DNA of 64,000 nt, taken from NCBI GenBank assembly GCA_900545885.1, contig URAF01000004.1:65100-129099 (forward strand), read 5' to 3'. How positions within the stretch are numbered: the first letter of the stretch is position 1; each line of letters begins with the position of its first letter. Positions 42,189 to 51,152 of the stretch are shown piece by piece. The notes beneath the pieces are model-generated. The model was not told where the DNA came from. It ran no database searches and saw only the letters and a program-made list of their open reading frames with translations. The position numbers were made by a program, and so were the translations under genes. The stretch comes from an uncultured Eubacteriales bacterium. GTDB lineage: Bacteria; Bacillota; Clostridia; Christensenellales; CAG-917.

Positions 42189-43676
42189 ATGAAGAAAATC
42201 GGTTTCGACAGCCAAATGTACATGCAAAAACAGTCCGAACAGATTTTGGAACGCATTTCCAAGTTCGACAAACTGTATCTCGAATTCGGCGGCAAGCTGT
42301 TCGACGATTTGCACGCGGCGCGCGTAATGCCCGGTTTCGACCCCGCGGCGAAAATCAAACTTCTGCAAAAGCTCCGTGACAAGGCGGAACTCATCATCTG
42401 CATCAACGCCCGCGACATAGAGAAAAACAAAATCCGTGCCGACTACGGCATCACCTACGGCAGCGAAGTCGAGAGAATGATTGACAACATCTCGGGTATG
42501 GGCATCTACATCAACTGCGTTGTCATCACCATGTTCTCCGACCAGCAGGCTGTCACCGCATACAAACACAAACTCGAAAACAGGGGAGTAAAGGTGTACA
42601 TTCACCGTCCCACGAAAGGTTATCCTCACGAGATAGACACAATCGTATCCGATGAAGGATACGGCGCAAACCCTTACATAGAAACCACGCGTCCTCTTGT
42701 CGTTGCGACGGCACCCGGTCCCGGCAGCGGCAAACTGGCAACGTGTTTGAGCCAGCTTTACCACGAATACAAACGCGGAATCAAAGCGGGTTACGCAAAG
42801 TTTGAAACATTCCCCATCTGGAATCTTCCTCTCGGACACCCCGTGAACGTAGCGTACGAAGCGGCAACCGCAGACCTCAAAGACGTCAACAAAGTCGACA
42901 ACTTCCACCTCGAAGCCTACGGCAAAATGGCGGTCAATTACAACCGCGACATCGACGTGTTCCCCGTTGTCCGCAGTATACTTACCAAAATTTCGGGCAG
43001 CGAACTCGTTTATCAGTCGCCCACCGATATGGGCGTCAACATGGCGGGATACTGCATTTGCGACGACGCGGCGTGCGTCGAAGCAAGCAAACAGGAAGTC
43101 ATACGCCGTTACTACAAAGCGCTTTGCGATTTCAAGAACGGCACGGCAAAACCCTCTACAATCGAAAGACTGGAATTCCTTATGTCCCGTCTTGAAATAA
43201 GCCCGTCCGACCGCAAAGTCGTTGCCGCCGCGCTCCGCAAAAACGAAGAAAACGCAGGCAGGGGAGCGGTTGCAATCGAACTCTCCGACGGTACGCTTGT
43301 CAGCGGCAAGAACTCCGAAATTATGAGCGCGTCCGCGGCTTGCGTGTTCAACGCCGTCAAAGTGCTTGCGGGTATCGACGACAGCGTCAAACTCATTTCG
43401 CCTTACGTCATCGGACCTATACTCGACCTGAAAACGAAAATACTCAAAGACAAAGAGAATACGCTCACTCTCGACGAAGCGCTGCTCGCGTTGTCGATTT
43501 GCGCGGCAACCGACGTATGCGCGGCACGTGCAATCGAGAAACTGCCCGAACTCAGAGAGTGCGAAGCGCATTCCTCTCATATGCTTTACAAAGCAGACGA
43601 AAATCCGTTCAGAAAGCTCGGCGTCAATCTTACGTGCGAACCCGAGTTTCTGGACAACACGCTCTTTAACAACTGA
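42189..43676 (+). CDS. DUF1846 (UPF0371) family protein
   Basis: MKKIGFDSQMYMQKQSEQILERI...LYLEFGGKLFDDLHAARVMPGFDP is the characteristic family N-terminus. 495 aa. Confidence 0.85.
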   Translation: MKKIGFDSQMYMQKQSEQILERISKFDKLYLEFGGKLFDDLHAARVMPGFDPAAKIKLLQKLRDKAELIICINARDIEKNKIRADYGITYGSEVERMIDNISGMGIYINCVVITMFSDQQAVTAYKHKLENRGVKVYIHRPTKGYPHEIDTIVSDEGYGANPYIETTRPLVVATAPGPGSGKLATCLSQLYHEYKRGIKAGYAKFETFPIWNLPLGHPVNVAYEAATADLKDVNKVDNFHLEAYGKMAVNYNRDIDVFPVVRSILTKISGSELVYQSPTDMGVNMAGYCICDDAACVEASKQEVIRRYYKALCDFKNGTAKPSTIERLEFLMSRLEISPSDRKVVAAALRKNEENAGRGAVAIELSDGTLVSGKNSEIMSASAACVFNAVKVLAGIDDSVKLISPYVIGPILDLKTKILKDKENTLTLDEALLALSICAATDVCAARAIEKLPELRECEAHSSHMLYKADENPFRKLGVNLTCEPEFLDNTLFNN

Positions 43677-43740
43677 TTAACCCGTCAAAACGTGCGCGTA
43701 AACCTCGGTTTTGTGCACGGCGCGGGTTGTAAAAGGAAAA

Positions 43741-44598
43741 ATGCAGAAAGACAGCAAAGCCAAAATAGCCTTATCCGCAACGTCCAGCGTCGTCAATCTC
43801 GGGCTCGGAATACTAAAACTGTTCGTGGGGGTTTACACCAACAGCATAAGCATTCTGAGCGACGGCATAAACAACTTCGGCGACGTGCTCAGCAATGCGG
43901 GTGCCGCGGTCGGGTTCGGCGTTTCGGACAAGCGACCGACCGAAAAATATCCGTTCGGGTTCGGCAGAGTGGAATATGTCGTCACCTTCGCTATGGCAAT
44001 CCTCATTGTGGTTGTCGGCGGCGTTTTCCTCTATTCGTCGCTCGACAGGGTTTTCTATCACCCCGTCATAACCTTTGCATGGTTGCAGTTCGGGTTGATT
44101 GCGGGGACGATAGTCGTCAAAATCGTGCTTGCCGTCGTGACGAGGTCGGTATTCAAAAAATATCCTTCCGACGTGTTGCGCGCGCAGGTTATCGACAACG
44201 TTCTCGATGCCGTGGTCACTACGTTTGCTTTGCTTGCGCTGTTCCTGTCGAGATACATCAGTTTCCCGATAGACGCATTCATCGGCATAGTCATCAGCGT
44301 TGTACTGATTGCCGCGGGATTGAAACTGGTTGTGTCTTCGTTCAAAAGACTGGTGCTCGCACGTGACGACGTGCGCACCGACGGACTTATCAGGCTTGCA
44401 AAGGCTCAGCCTGCTGTCAAAGATGTAAAAGTCAAGGTTTACGACTTCGGTAAGAATTATGCGGAAGCCAACGTTGCGCTCGGGTTCGAAGAAAACGCGT
44501 CTTCGGAGAGCAGAACGGAAGCCGCCGAAAATATCGTGGAAAAAGCAAAAAAATATAACATCGTCGTCACAATCATTGACTATAAGGAGGAAAAATGA
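43741..44598 (+). CDS. Cation diffusion facilitator (CDF) family transporter
   Basis: ATG at 43741 follows AAAGGA. NLGLGILKLFVGVYTNSISILSDGINNFGDV, PFGFGRVEY, six TM segments plus a cytoplasmic domain. Confidence 0.85.
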   Translation: MQKDSKAKIALSATSSVVNLGLGILKLFVGVYTNSISILSDGINNFGDVLSNAGAAVGFGVSDKRPTEKYPFGFGRVEYVVTFAMAILIVVVGGVFLYSSLDRVFYHPVITFAWLQFGLIAGTIVVKIVLAVVTRSVFKKYPSDVLRAQVIDNVLDAVVTTFALLALFLSRYISFPIDAFIGIVISVVLIAAGLKLVVSSFKRLVLARDDVRTDGLIRLAKAQPAVKDVKVKVYDFGKNYAEANVALGFEENASSESRTEAAENIVEKAKKYNIVVTIIDYKEEK

Positions 44599-46049
44599 AA
44601 CCTGAAGACGAAAAGATGGAAGTCAACCAGACCGCCGAAACCGTCGAAAACAACGGTACGGCAGCGACCTCTTCGGTGGAGGAACAGGTCGCAGACGCAA
44701 CGACGCAAGAGGGCGTAAAGGAAGAGCAGTCCGATGTCGCAGTGGAGAACGAAGAGGACTATTTTGCCGAAAGAGAGCCCGATAAGCGCAGAAAGCGTAT
44801 CCGCAGAAAGGATATGACGCCCGAACAGAGACGTCGTCGCCGTATCACCGACCTCATCATTACGGGTACGGTTTTCGGCGTTGTACTGCTGTTCTTCGCA
44901 ATATGCGCGCTTTGCAGTTTCGTCGGATACACGGGCAACTTCGATTACATAGCCACAATTCAGGCAGTCGATTACGACAGCCCCTACGAACTCGGTTATG
45001 ACGAAGAACTCGGTTACTACACGTTCACCGCAACCGACGACAGCGATTTCCGCGTCCTGCAACTGACTGACATTCACATCGGCGCAGGTGCGTTCTCTGC
45101 AAAGAAAGACAGATGGGCAATCGAAGCCGTTTCCACAGTCGTCAGCCGCGTCAAACCCGACCTCGTCATCGTTACGGGCGACATAGCGTACCCCGTTCCT
45201 TTCCAGGCAGGTACGTTCAACAACATGCGCGAAGCCGAAATGTTCGCAACCATGATGGAACAGCTCGGCGTGTATTGGACGATTGCATTCGGCAATCACG
45301 ACACCGAGATTTACAGCCTGTACGACCGCAAGGACATCAGTGATTTCTATTCACAGGATAAGTGGGAACATTGCCTGTTCAGAAGTGGACCCGAAAATCT
45401 CCCCGGTTTCGGCAACGATATGATTGTAGTCAAAGACAAAGCTGGCAAAGTTATTCAGTCACTTGTTACCATCGACTCTCACTCTTACACTGACGGCGAC
45501 TACTTCGGAATTGCGTGGAGGTACGACAACATCAAACAGGAACAGATTGACTGGTACGCACAGGAAGTCGACAAGCTGACCGAATACAACGTCGCAAAAG
45601 GTTTCACCGAAAATCCCGAAGTCAAGAACCTCGTCTTCTTCCACATCGCGCTTACCGAATACGGCAAGTACTGGGACGAATACAAGAACAACGGTCACAA
45701 CGACACCGACACCGTGCATTATCTCTACGGCAAAGCGGGTGAGAGCGGCGAAAAATCCTTCCCCGGCGTAGACGACTGCATGCTGTTCGAAACCATGCTC
45801 GAACACAACGGTCAGGGCACCTTCTGCGGACACGACCACTACAACACCTACGCAATCGAAATAACCGCGGAAAACGGCAAGAAAATCCGTCTTACCTATG
45901 GTATGAGCATCGACTATCTCGCATATGTCGGCATAGCGGACAAAATCGAACAACGAGGCGGCACGGAAATCAAAATCAGTCAGGCGGACGGCAGTTTCGT
46001 GGCACGTCACCGTCCTTACGTCGAAGAAACCGTGAGCGAGTGGTATTGA
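44595..46049 (+). CDS. Membrane-anchored metallophosphoesterase (calcineurin-like)
   Basis: Start overlaps the CDF stop (ATGA) after SD AGGAGG. Acidic N-terminus, one TM, then QLTDIHIG, VTGDIAYP, GNHDTE, FFHIAL, GHDH. Confidence 0.85.
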   Translation: MKPEDEKMEVNQTAETVENNGTAATSSVEEQVADATTQEGVKEEQSDVAVENEEDYFAEREPDKRRKRIRRKDMTPEQRRRRRITDLIITGTVFGVVLLFFAICALCSFVGYTGNFDYIATIQAVDYDSPYELGYDEELGYYTFTATDDSDFRVLQLTDIHIGAGAFSAKKDRWAIEAVSTVVSRVKPDLVIVTGDIAYPVPFQAGTFNNMREAEMFATMMEQLGVYWTIAFGNHDTEIYSLYDRKDISDFYSQDKWEHCLFRSGPENLPGFGNDMIVVKDKAGKVIQSLVTIDSHSYTDGDYFGIAWRYDNIKQEQIDWYAQEVDKLTEYNVAKGFTENPEVKNLVFFHIALTEYGKYWDEYKNNGHNDTDTVHYLYGKAGESGEKSFPGVDDCMLFETMLEHNGQGTFCGHDHYNTYAIEITAENGKKIRLTYGMSIDYLAYVGIADKIEQRGGTEIKISQADGSFVARHRPYVEETVSEWY

Positions 46050-46104
46050 GCCGACAGGCAAACCGTTTCCGACTTGTTAGAACGCATTGATTATGCAACA
46101 ACAG

Positions 46105-46132
46105 ACTTCCACGCGTGTATGCGCGTGGAAGT
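46105..46132 (+). terminator. Stem-loop after the phosphoesterase gene (weak U-tract)
   Basis: acttccacgcg-tgtat-cgcgtggaagt, a perfect 11-bp stem with no clear T-run. Confidence 0.45.
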
Positions 46133-46187
46133 CGTGCGTTAAACGAAATCCGCATATTTGCGTGTAAACGCGTGCAATAGTGCAACC

Positions 46188-46233
46188 GCAATATTGTTGT
46201 GTTGAACGTTATATTGTTTAGCGCAATATTGTT
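46188..46233 (+). repeat. Clustered GCAATATTGTT-type direct repeats
   Basis: gcaatattgtt (46188), gttatattgtt (46208) and gcaatattgtt (46223). Related gcaata copies occur at ~46174 and ~46391. Confidence 0.7.
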
Positions 46234-46417
46234 CGCGCGTTGCGCTGTCCGAACGCCGTATCGTAATAACCGAGGTTCGGCACAGTATGTGCGGATTGCG
46301 TAACCGCGTCAAACCCATTTCGGAAAATTTAAGTAAAGGTTAATGCAACGCAACTAAAATTTTCCGTATCGGGAATAATCGTTCCGTAAGACGCAATATC
46401 ATTTGCGCGGAGGCATT

Positions 46418-48217
46418 ATGAAACTGAAAAACAGACAAGACATACCCGACGCTTACAAGTGGCGGCTAGAAGACATTTTCCCTTCCGACGAAGCGTGGGA
46501 AGAATGTTTCTTCGCGACGCAGGAGAGAGTGCCCAAAATCTCTTCTTTTGCGGACAGACTGGCAGACGAAGACGCACTGTTCGATTGCCTGACATTTGCG
46601 ACGTCGGTTTCGCACGACATATCCAGACTATATCAGTACGCGCGCATGCGCCGCGACGAGGACACACGCAAAACGGTTTATCAGGGTATGAGCGACAGAG
46701 CGGAAATGCTCAGCGTCAAATATTCGACGCTTGCGGCGTTCATCACTCCCGAACTTGTCGAACTGCCCACCGAACGGCTTAAAGAACTTGCCGCAAGCAA
46801 ACGTTTTGCAGACTATTCGGTTATGCTCGAAGAAGTCATTCGCAACAAGAACATAATCCTTTCCAAAAAGGAAGAAAAACTGTTGCGCGAAACGGGACTT
46901 TTTGCGGAAACGGCCGACGAGGTTTTCTCGATGTTCGACAATGCGGACGTCAAATTCCAACCCGTGAAAGATGAGAAAGGAAACACCGTCGAGATGTCGC
47001 ACGGTATGTATTCCTTGCTTTTGCAGTCGCCCGACCGCGAAGTCAGAAAAGCCGCTTTCGAAAGTATGTTCGGAGCCTACCGCGACCACATCAATATGCT
47101 TGCCGCAAACTACGCCGGCAATGTGAAAAAAGATTGGTTCTACGCAAAAGTCAGAGGTTTTTCTTCCGCGCTCGATTATTCGATGTACTGCGAAAACGTC
47201 CCGCCGACCTGTTATCGCAAACTTTTGTCGGCGGTTGACAAGGGTACAAAACCCCTGCATAAATACGTTGCGTTGCGCAGACGCGTTCTCGGCGGAGAAC
47301 TCAATATGTACGACTTGCATGTGCCTATCGTCGACGAAGCCAAAATCGCTATGCCGTACGAAAAGGCAGTTGAAACTGTCAAAACGGCACTTAAAGTTAT
47401 GGGTAAGGAGTACAGCGATATTTTGGCGTCGGCTTTCCGCGACGGTTGGGTGGACGTCTACGAGAACAAGGGCAAACGCAGCGGAGCTTACAGCTGGGGC
47501 TGTTATGGAGTGCACCCGTTCGTGTTGCTGAACTACACCGAAACAACTCACGACGTGTTCACAATCGCCCACGAACTCGGACATTCCCTGCACAGTTATT
47601 ATTCCAACGCAAACCAGCCCGAACCAAAGGCGGGTTACGAGATTTTCGTTGCAGAAATAGCGTCAACGGTAAACGAAGTTCTGCTTCTCAAACACCTTCT
47701 TAAAACCGCGGACGGCGAACTGCGCAAATATCTGCTCAGCTACTATCTCGATATGTTCCGCACAACGCTGTTCAGGCAGACGATGTTCTCGGAGTTCGAA
47801 GTCGCCGCTCACGAAATGGTCGAGAAAGGCGAATCCGTCACGGCGGAAGGGCTTTGCGAAGTCTATTACGCGCTCAACAAGAAGTATTACGGCAGAGCCG
47901 TCAAGCACAACGAGCTCATACGCTACGAATGGGCGCGCATTCCTCATTTCTATTCGAGCTACTACGTTTACAAGTACGCAACGGGACTTACCGCGGCGGT
48001 CACAATCGCGGACAATCTGTTGACGTACGGCGCGGATTATTTCGCGAAGTACCGCAAGTTCCTGTCCGCAGGCGGAAGCCTGCCGCCGCTCGATATTCTG
48101 CGGCTTGCTGACGTCGACCTCGAAACGGACGAACCATACGACAGGGCAATGAAAGAGTTTGCCGATACTCTCGACGAACTCGAAAAATGTTTTGACTTAA
48201 AGACTGCGAAAAAATGA
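46418..48217 (+). CDS. pepF: Oligoendopeptidase F (M3B metallopeptidase)
   Basis: ATG at 46418 follows GGAGG. IPDAYKWRLEDIF, zinc site TIAHELGHSLHSYYS, ~600 aa. Confidence 0.92.
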   Translation: MKLKNRQDIPDAYKWRLEDIFPSDEAWEECFFATQERVPKISSFADRLADEDALFDCLTFATSVSHDISRLYQYARMRRDEDTRKTVYQGMSDRAEMLSVKYSTLAAFITPELVELPTERLKELAASKRFADYSVMLEEVIRNKNIILSKKEEKLLRETGLFAETADEVFSMFDNADVKFQPVKDEKGNTVEMSHGMYSLLLQSPDREVRKAAFESMFGAYRDHINMLAANYAGNVKKDWFYAKVRGFSSALDYSMYCENVPPTCYRKLLSAVDKGTKPLHKYVALRRRVLGGELNMYDLHVPIVDEAKIAMPYEKAVETVKTALKVMGKEYSDILASAFRDGWVDVYENKGKRSGAYSWGCYGVHPFVLLNYTETTHDVFTIAHELGHSLHSYYSNANQPEPKAGYEIFVAEIASTVNEVLLLKHLLKTADGELRKYLLSYYLDMFRTTLFRQTMFSEFEVAAHEMVEKGESVTAEGLCEVYYALNKKYYGRAVKHNELIRYEWARIPHFYSSYYVYKYATGLTAAVTIADNLLTYGADYFAKYRKFLSAGGSLPPLDILRLADVDLETDEPYDRAMKEFADTLDELEKCFDLKTAKK

Positions 48218-48888
48218 AAATGCAAAGCAATGCAACCGAAACGAATAAAATTTGCCGCACACGCAGACACGGAATTCTTTCTGCGGTGACGGTCGTTTTG
48301 CTGTTGATTTGCGTTTGCTTTACGCTTACGGCGTGCAACGAAAACGCGGGTACTTTCGAGGATACTCCGCAGTCGGAAAACAGCGTTTTGTACCTCGCGT
48401 CGGTGGAAGAAAGCGAGGGGTTTTATATCGCTTTCGTGACCTGCAATTCGGTGTCCGAACCGCTTGCGGAAATTCCCTCCGAAAAAATCACTTGGCAGGA
48501 AAGAAAAAACGCGTTCTGGAACGTAAGCAAAATGGACATATCGTTCTCGTCCGACGCCGTTTACGATGCGGTGTGGGAGTGCGTGCGCTCCGACGGAGAA
48601 TTGTCGTCGGTTGTCACAGAGGACAACTTGAAAATAATGTTTGTCTATGATACAATGGACAAAAGTGTGAATTCCAATGCCGAAAAAATCCGTATCGGCA
48701 ACGTCTACCGTCACGTTATGGGCGTGAGCCGCGACGTTGACGAAACCGTGTTCAAAGCAACCCTCGATTATCCGTATTCGGCAAACTGGTATGCGGTGCT
48801 TGTCGGTTGCGCGGTGCTTGTGTTCGCTGTGATTGGCATAGGAATTGCAGTTGCAAAGGGTAGGTTATGGCAGAGAGAGAAAAAATAG
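48214..48888 (+). CDS. Hypothetical lipoprotein with additional C-terminal TM anchor
   Basis: ATGA overlap with the pepF stop. Lipobox CFTLTAC. C-terminal WYAVLVGCAVLVFAVIGIGIAVAKGRLWQREKK. The 3' end overlaps the dnaB start by 22 nt. Confidence 0.65.
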   Translation: MKMQSNATETNKICRTRRHGILSAVTVVLLLICVCFTLTACNENAGTFEDTPQSENSVLYLASVEESEGFYIAFVTCNSVSEPLAEIPSEKITWQERKNAFWNVSKMDISFSSDAVYDAVWECVRSDGELSSVVTEDNLKIMFVYDTMDKSVNSNAEKIRIGNVYRHVMGVSRDVDETVFKATLDYPYSANWYAVLVGCAVLVFAVIGIGIAVAKGRLWQREKK

Positions 48889-50567
48889 TTTACAGGGGAA
48901 TGCCCAACAACATCGAGGCGGAGCAGGCGGTGCTCGGTTCAATTCTGATTGACAACAAAGCCGCCGATATGCTCGTGCCCGTTTTAAGGGAAGAGGATTT
49001 CTATCTTCCCGCAAACCGCACGATTTTCCGTGCCATGCACACTTTGCAGGAGAGTTCCAAACCCATTGACACGGTGTCCGTCGCCGACGAACTGGAACTT
49101 CACTGCAAACTCGACGAGGTCGGAAGCATCGATTATCTCGGTGTGCTTGCGTCAAGCGTTCCGTCTGCCGCAAGCGGTGACCATTACGCGGATATAATCA
49201 AACGCGACTCGCTTATACGCCGCGTTATCGAAGCGGGCAACAACATCGCAAAATACGGCTATGAAAGCACAAGTGCGACGGACGCTTTGCTCAACGCCGA
49301 AAGGGAAATATATTCCATATCCGAAGACGTAAGCGAAAAAGAACTGGTGAAAGCCGACGTCGCTCTCGGCGTAGCCATGAAAAACATTCAGGACGTTCAG
49401 TCCGGCAACGTTCCCAAGAACACGATATTCACGGATTTCCCGAGCCTCGACAGAATGACCCGCGGACTGAAACCCGGTGAAATGGTACTTATTGCGGCGC
49501 GTCCTTCCGTCGGTAAAACGGCGTTCGCGCTCAACATTGCGGCAAATGCGTGCCTAAATCACCACAAGACGGTTGCGATATTCTCTCTTGAAATGCCGTC
49601 GCATCTGCTTGTCAAACGTATGTTGGCGTACGTGTCCAAGGTGTCGCTGTCCAAAATGGATATGCGCGGCGGACTGTCGTCTTCGGTCGATACGGGCAAA
49701 CTTTTCGACGCGTACCGCAAACTTTCCGAAACCCAGCTTTACATCGACGACTATTCGATGAACGGACCGACGGACGTTTTGTCCAAGTGCCGCAGACTCA
49801 AACGCGAAAGCGGACTCGACCTCATCATCATCGACTATCTCCAACTTATGACCAACGGTGGCAAGGGCAGAGAAAGCGAAAGCCGTCAGCTGGAAGTCAG
49901 CGATATGTCGCGCAGAATGAAGATTTACGCCAAGGAACTCGACGTCCCGATTATACTTCTTTCGCAGATGTCGCGTGGCGTGGAACAGCGAAACGACCAC
50001 AGCCCCAAGCTCAGCGACTTGCGTGAATCGGGCGCAATCGAACAGGACGCCGACGTCGTCATGTTCCTGCACCGCGAAAGCCAGTTCAACCCCGCCGTTC
50101 CCGAGAACGTAATCAAACTCATAATTCAGAAGAACAGAAACGGTCCTATCGGCGAAATCGCTCTCGAATGGGAAGGCGAAACGACGTCGTTCCGCGAATG
50201 CGTCGACGGCGTTATGCCCGTAGCACCTGCACCCAAACCCGAGTATCAATCTGCTTCCGCAAAGGAAACGGGCAGTGACGGGGAGTACGAATACAAGGAA
50301 AAAGCCGAAGACAAACCCGCAGTCAAAGATGACGAACTTGTCGAAACGGACGTCGAAACCGACGACGGGCTTATGCCTTTCGGTTCGGCAGAAGACGAAC
50401 CGCCGTTTGACCTTGCGCCTATGCCTTCCGACGAAGACGCTCCGCCTGCAACGGACGACGACTTTGCGGACGAATCCTCCGACGATTTCTCTGACGAAAA
50501 CGGTGAAGACGACGATGACGAATTCGTCGACGACTACGACGGAGAAGACGAGGATATGCCTTTCTGA
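48867..50567 (+). CDS. dnaB: Replicative DNA helicase DnaB with ~120-aa acidic C-terminal extension
   Basis: NNIEAEQAVLGSILID, Walker A AARPSVGKTAFALNIA, IIIDYLQLM, LSQMSRGVEQR. The core ends near ...EWEGETTSFRECV, and the ORF then continues D/E/P-rich to ...DYDGEDEDMPF-stop. Confidence 0.95.
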   Translation: MAEREKIVYRGMPNNIEAEQAVLGSILIDNKAADMLVPVLREEDFYLPANRTIFRAMHTLQESSKPIDTVSVADELELHCKLDEVGSIDYLGVLASSVPSAASGDHYADIIKRDSLIRRVIEAGNNIAKYGYESTSATDALLNAEREIYSISEDVSEKELVKADVALGVAMKNIQDVQSGNVPKNTIFTDFPSLDRMTRGLKPGEMVLIAARPSVGKTAFALNIAANACLNHHKTVAIFSLEMPSHLLVKRMLAYVSKVSLSKMDMRGGLSSSVDTGKLFDAYRKLSETQLYIDDYSMNGPTDVLSKCRRLKRESGLDLIIIDYLQLMTNGGKGRESESRQLEVSDMSRRMKIYAKELDVPIILLSQMSRGVEQRNDHSPKLSDLRESGAIEQDADVVMFLHRESQFNPAVPENVIKLIIQKNRNGPIGEIALEWEGETTSFRECVDGVMPVAPAPKPEYQSASAKETGSDGEYEYKEKAEDKPAVKDDELVETDVETDDGLMPFGSAEDEPPFDLAPMPSDEDAPPATDDDFADESSDDFSDENGEDDDDEFVDDYDGEDEDMPF

Positions 50568-50656
50568 AAACGCGTCATAATGCGTTAACGGCAAAGGAAC
50601 AAACTCCGCAGTCAACATACAATCGCGAAATCGAAAAGCAAACAACCGATGAATTT

Positions 50657-50683
50657 CGGACGGCAACCGCCGTCCGTTTTTTT
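50657..50683 (+). terminator. Rho-independent terminator after dnaB
   Basis: cggacggc-aacc-gccgtccg, followed by T7. Confidence 0.85.
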
Positions 50684-50900
50684 ATGCCGATTTTGTGTTT
50701 TTCCTATATTGTTTTTTGACAGTTAAGAATTGTGCTTATTATTTTGGATTTTCACAAATTACAAGTTTAAGTAATCGTTTTGCAAGTTAAAGGCTGTGTT
50801 TTGAAATTTGTTGCGGTGGATATTTTCGGTGTGGTTAAGGTTCGTTTGCCGCGTTTTTGTCCTCGGGCATAAGCCGCTTTGTCACGGCATAATATATCGT

Positions 50901-51152
50901 ATGTTCTATGACGAGATACTCGAAAAGTTCAGGATTGAGGACGCATTCGCGCCTTTCACGGTTGCAATGTTCGGCAATACGGAAGTCGTTGCGGGCGGTG
51001 TAAAAGCCGTGTTGTTTTCGTCTGCCGAAGAGGTCAAGGTCAGGTTCTCCAAAAAGTGCGCCATTTTTAGAGGAAAGGATTTGCGTATCGTGGAGATAGG
51101 GGGCGGCGACGTGCTGGTCAGAGGCGAAATATCCGAGGTGGAATTTGAGTAA
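50901..51152 (+). CDS. yqfC: Sporulation protein YqfC (YabP/YqfC family)
   Basis: FGNTEVVAGGVKAVLFSSAEEVKVRFSKKCAIFRGKDLRIVEIGGGDVLVRGEISEVEF aligns in pattern with B. subtilis YqfC. Followed by yqfD-phoH-yqfF-ybeY as in the yqf operon. No clear SD, so the start is uncertain. Confidence 0.65.
   Translation: MFYDEILEKFRIEDAFAPFTVAMFGNTEVVAGGVKAVLFSSAEEVKVRFSKKCAIFRGKDLRIVEIGGGDVLVRGEISEVEFE

Noticed and set aside
46321-46366. CodY box
   Set aside because: Both consensus half-sites are present, but in reversed order and 26 nt apart, so this is not a canonical AATTTTCWGAAAATT site. It is kept only as a low-interest note in the findings.
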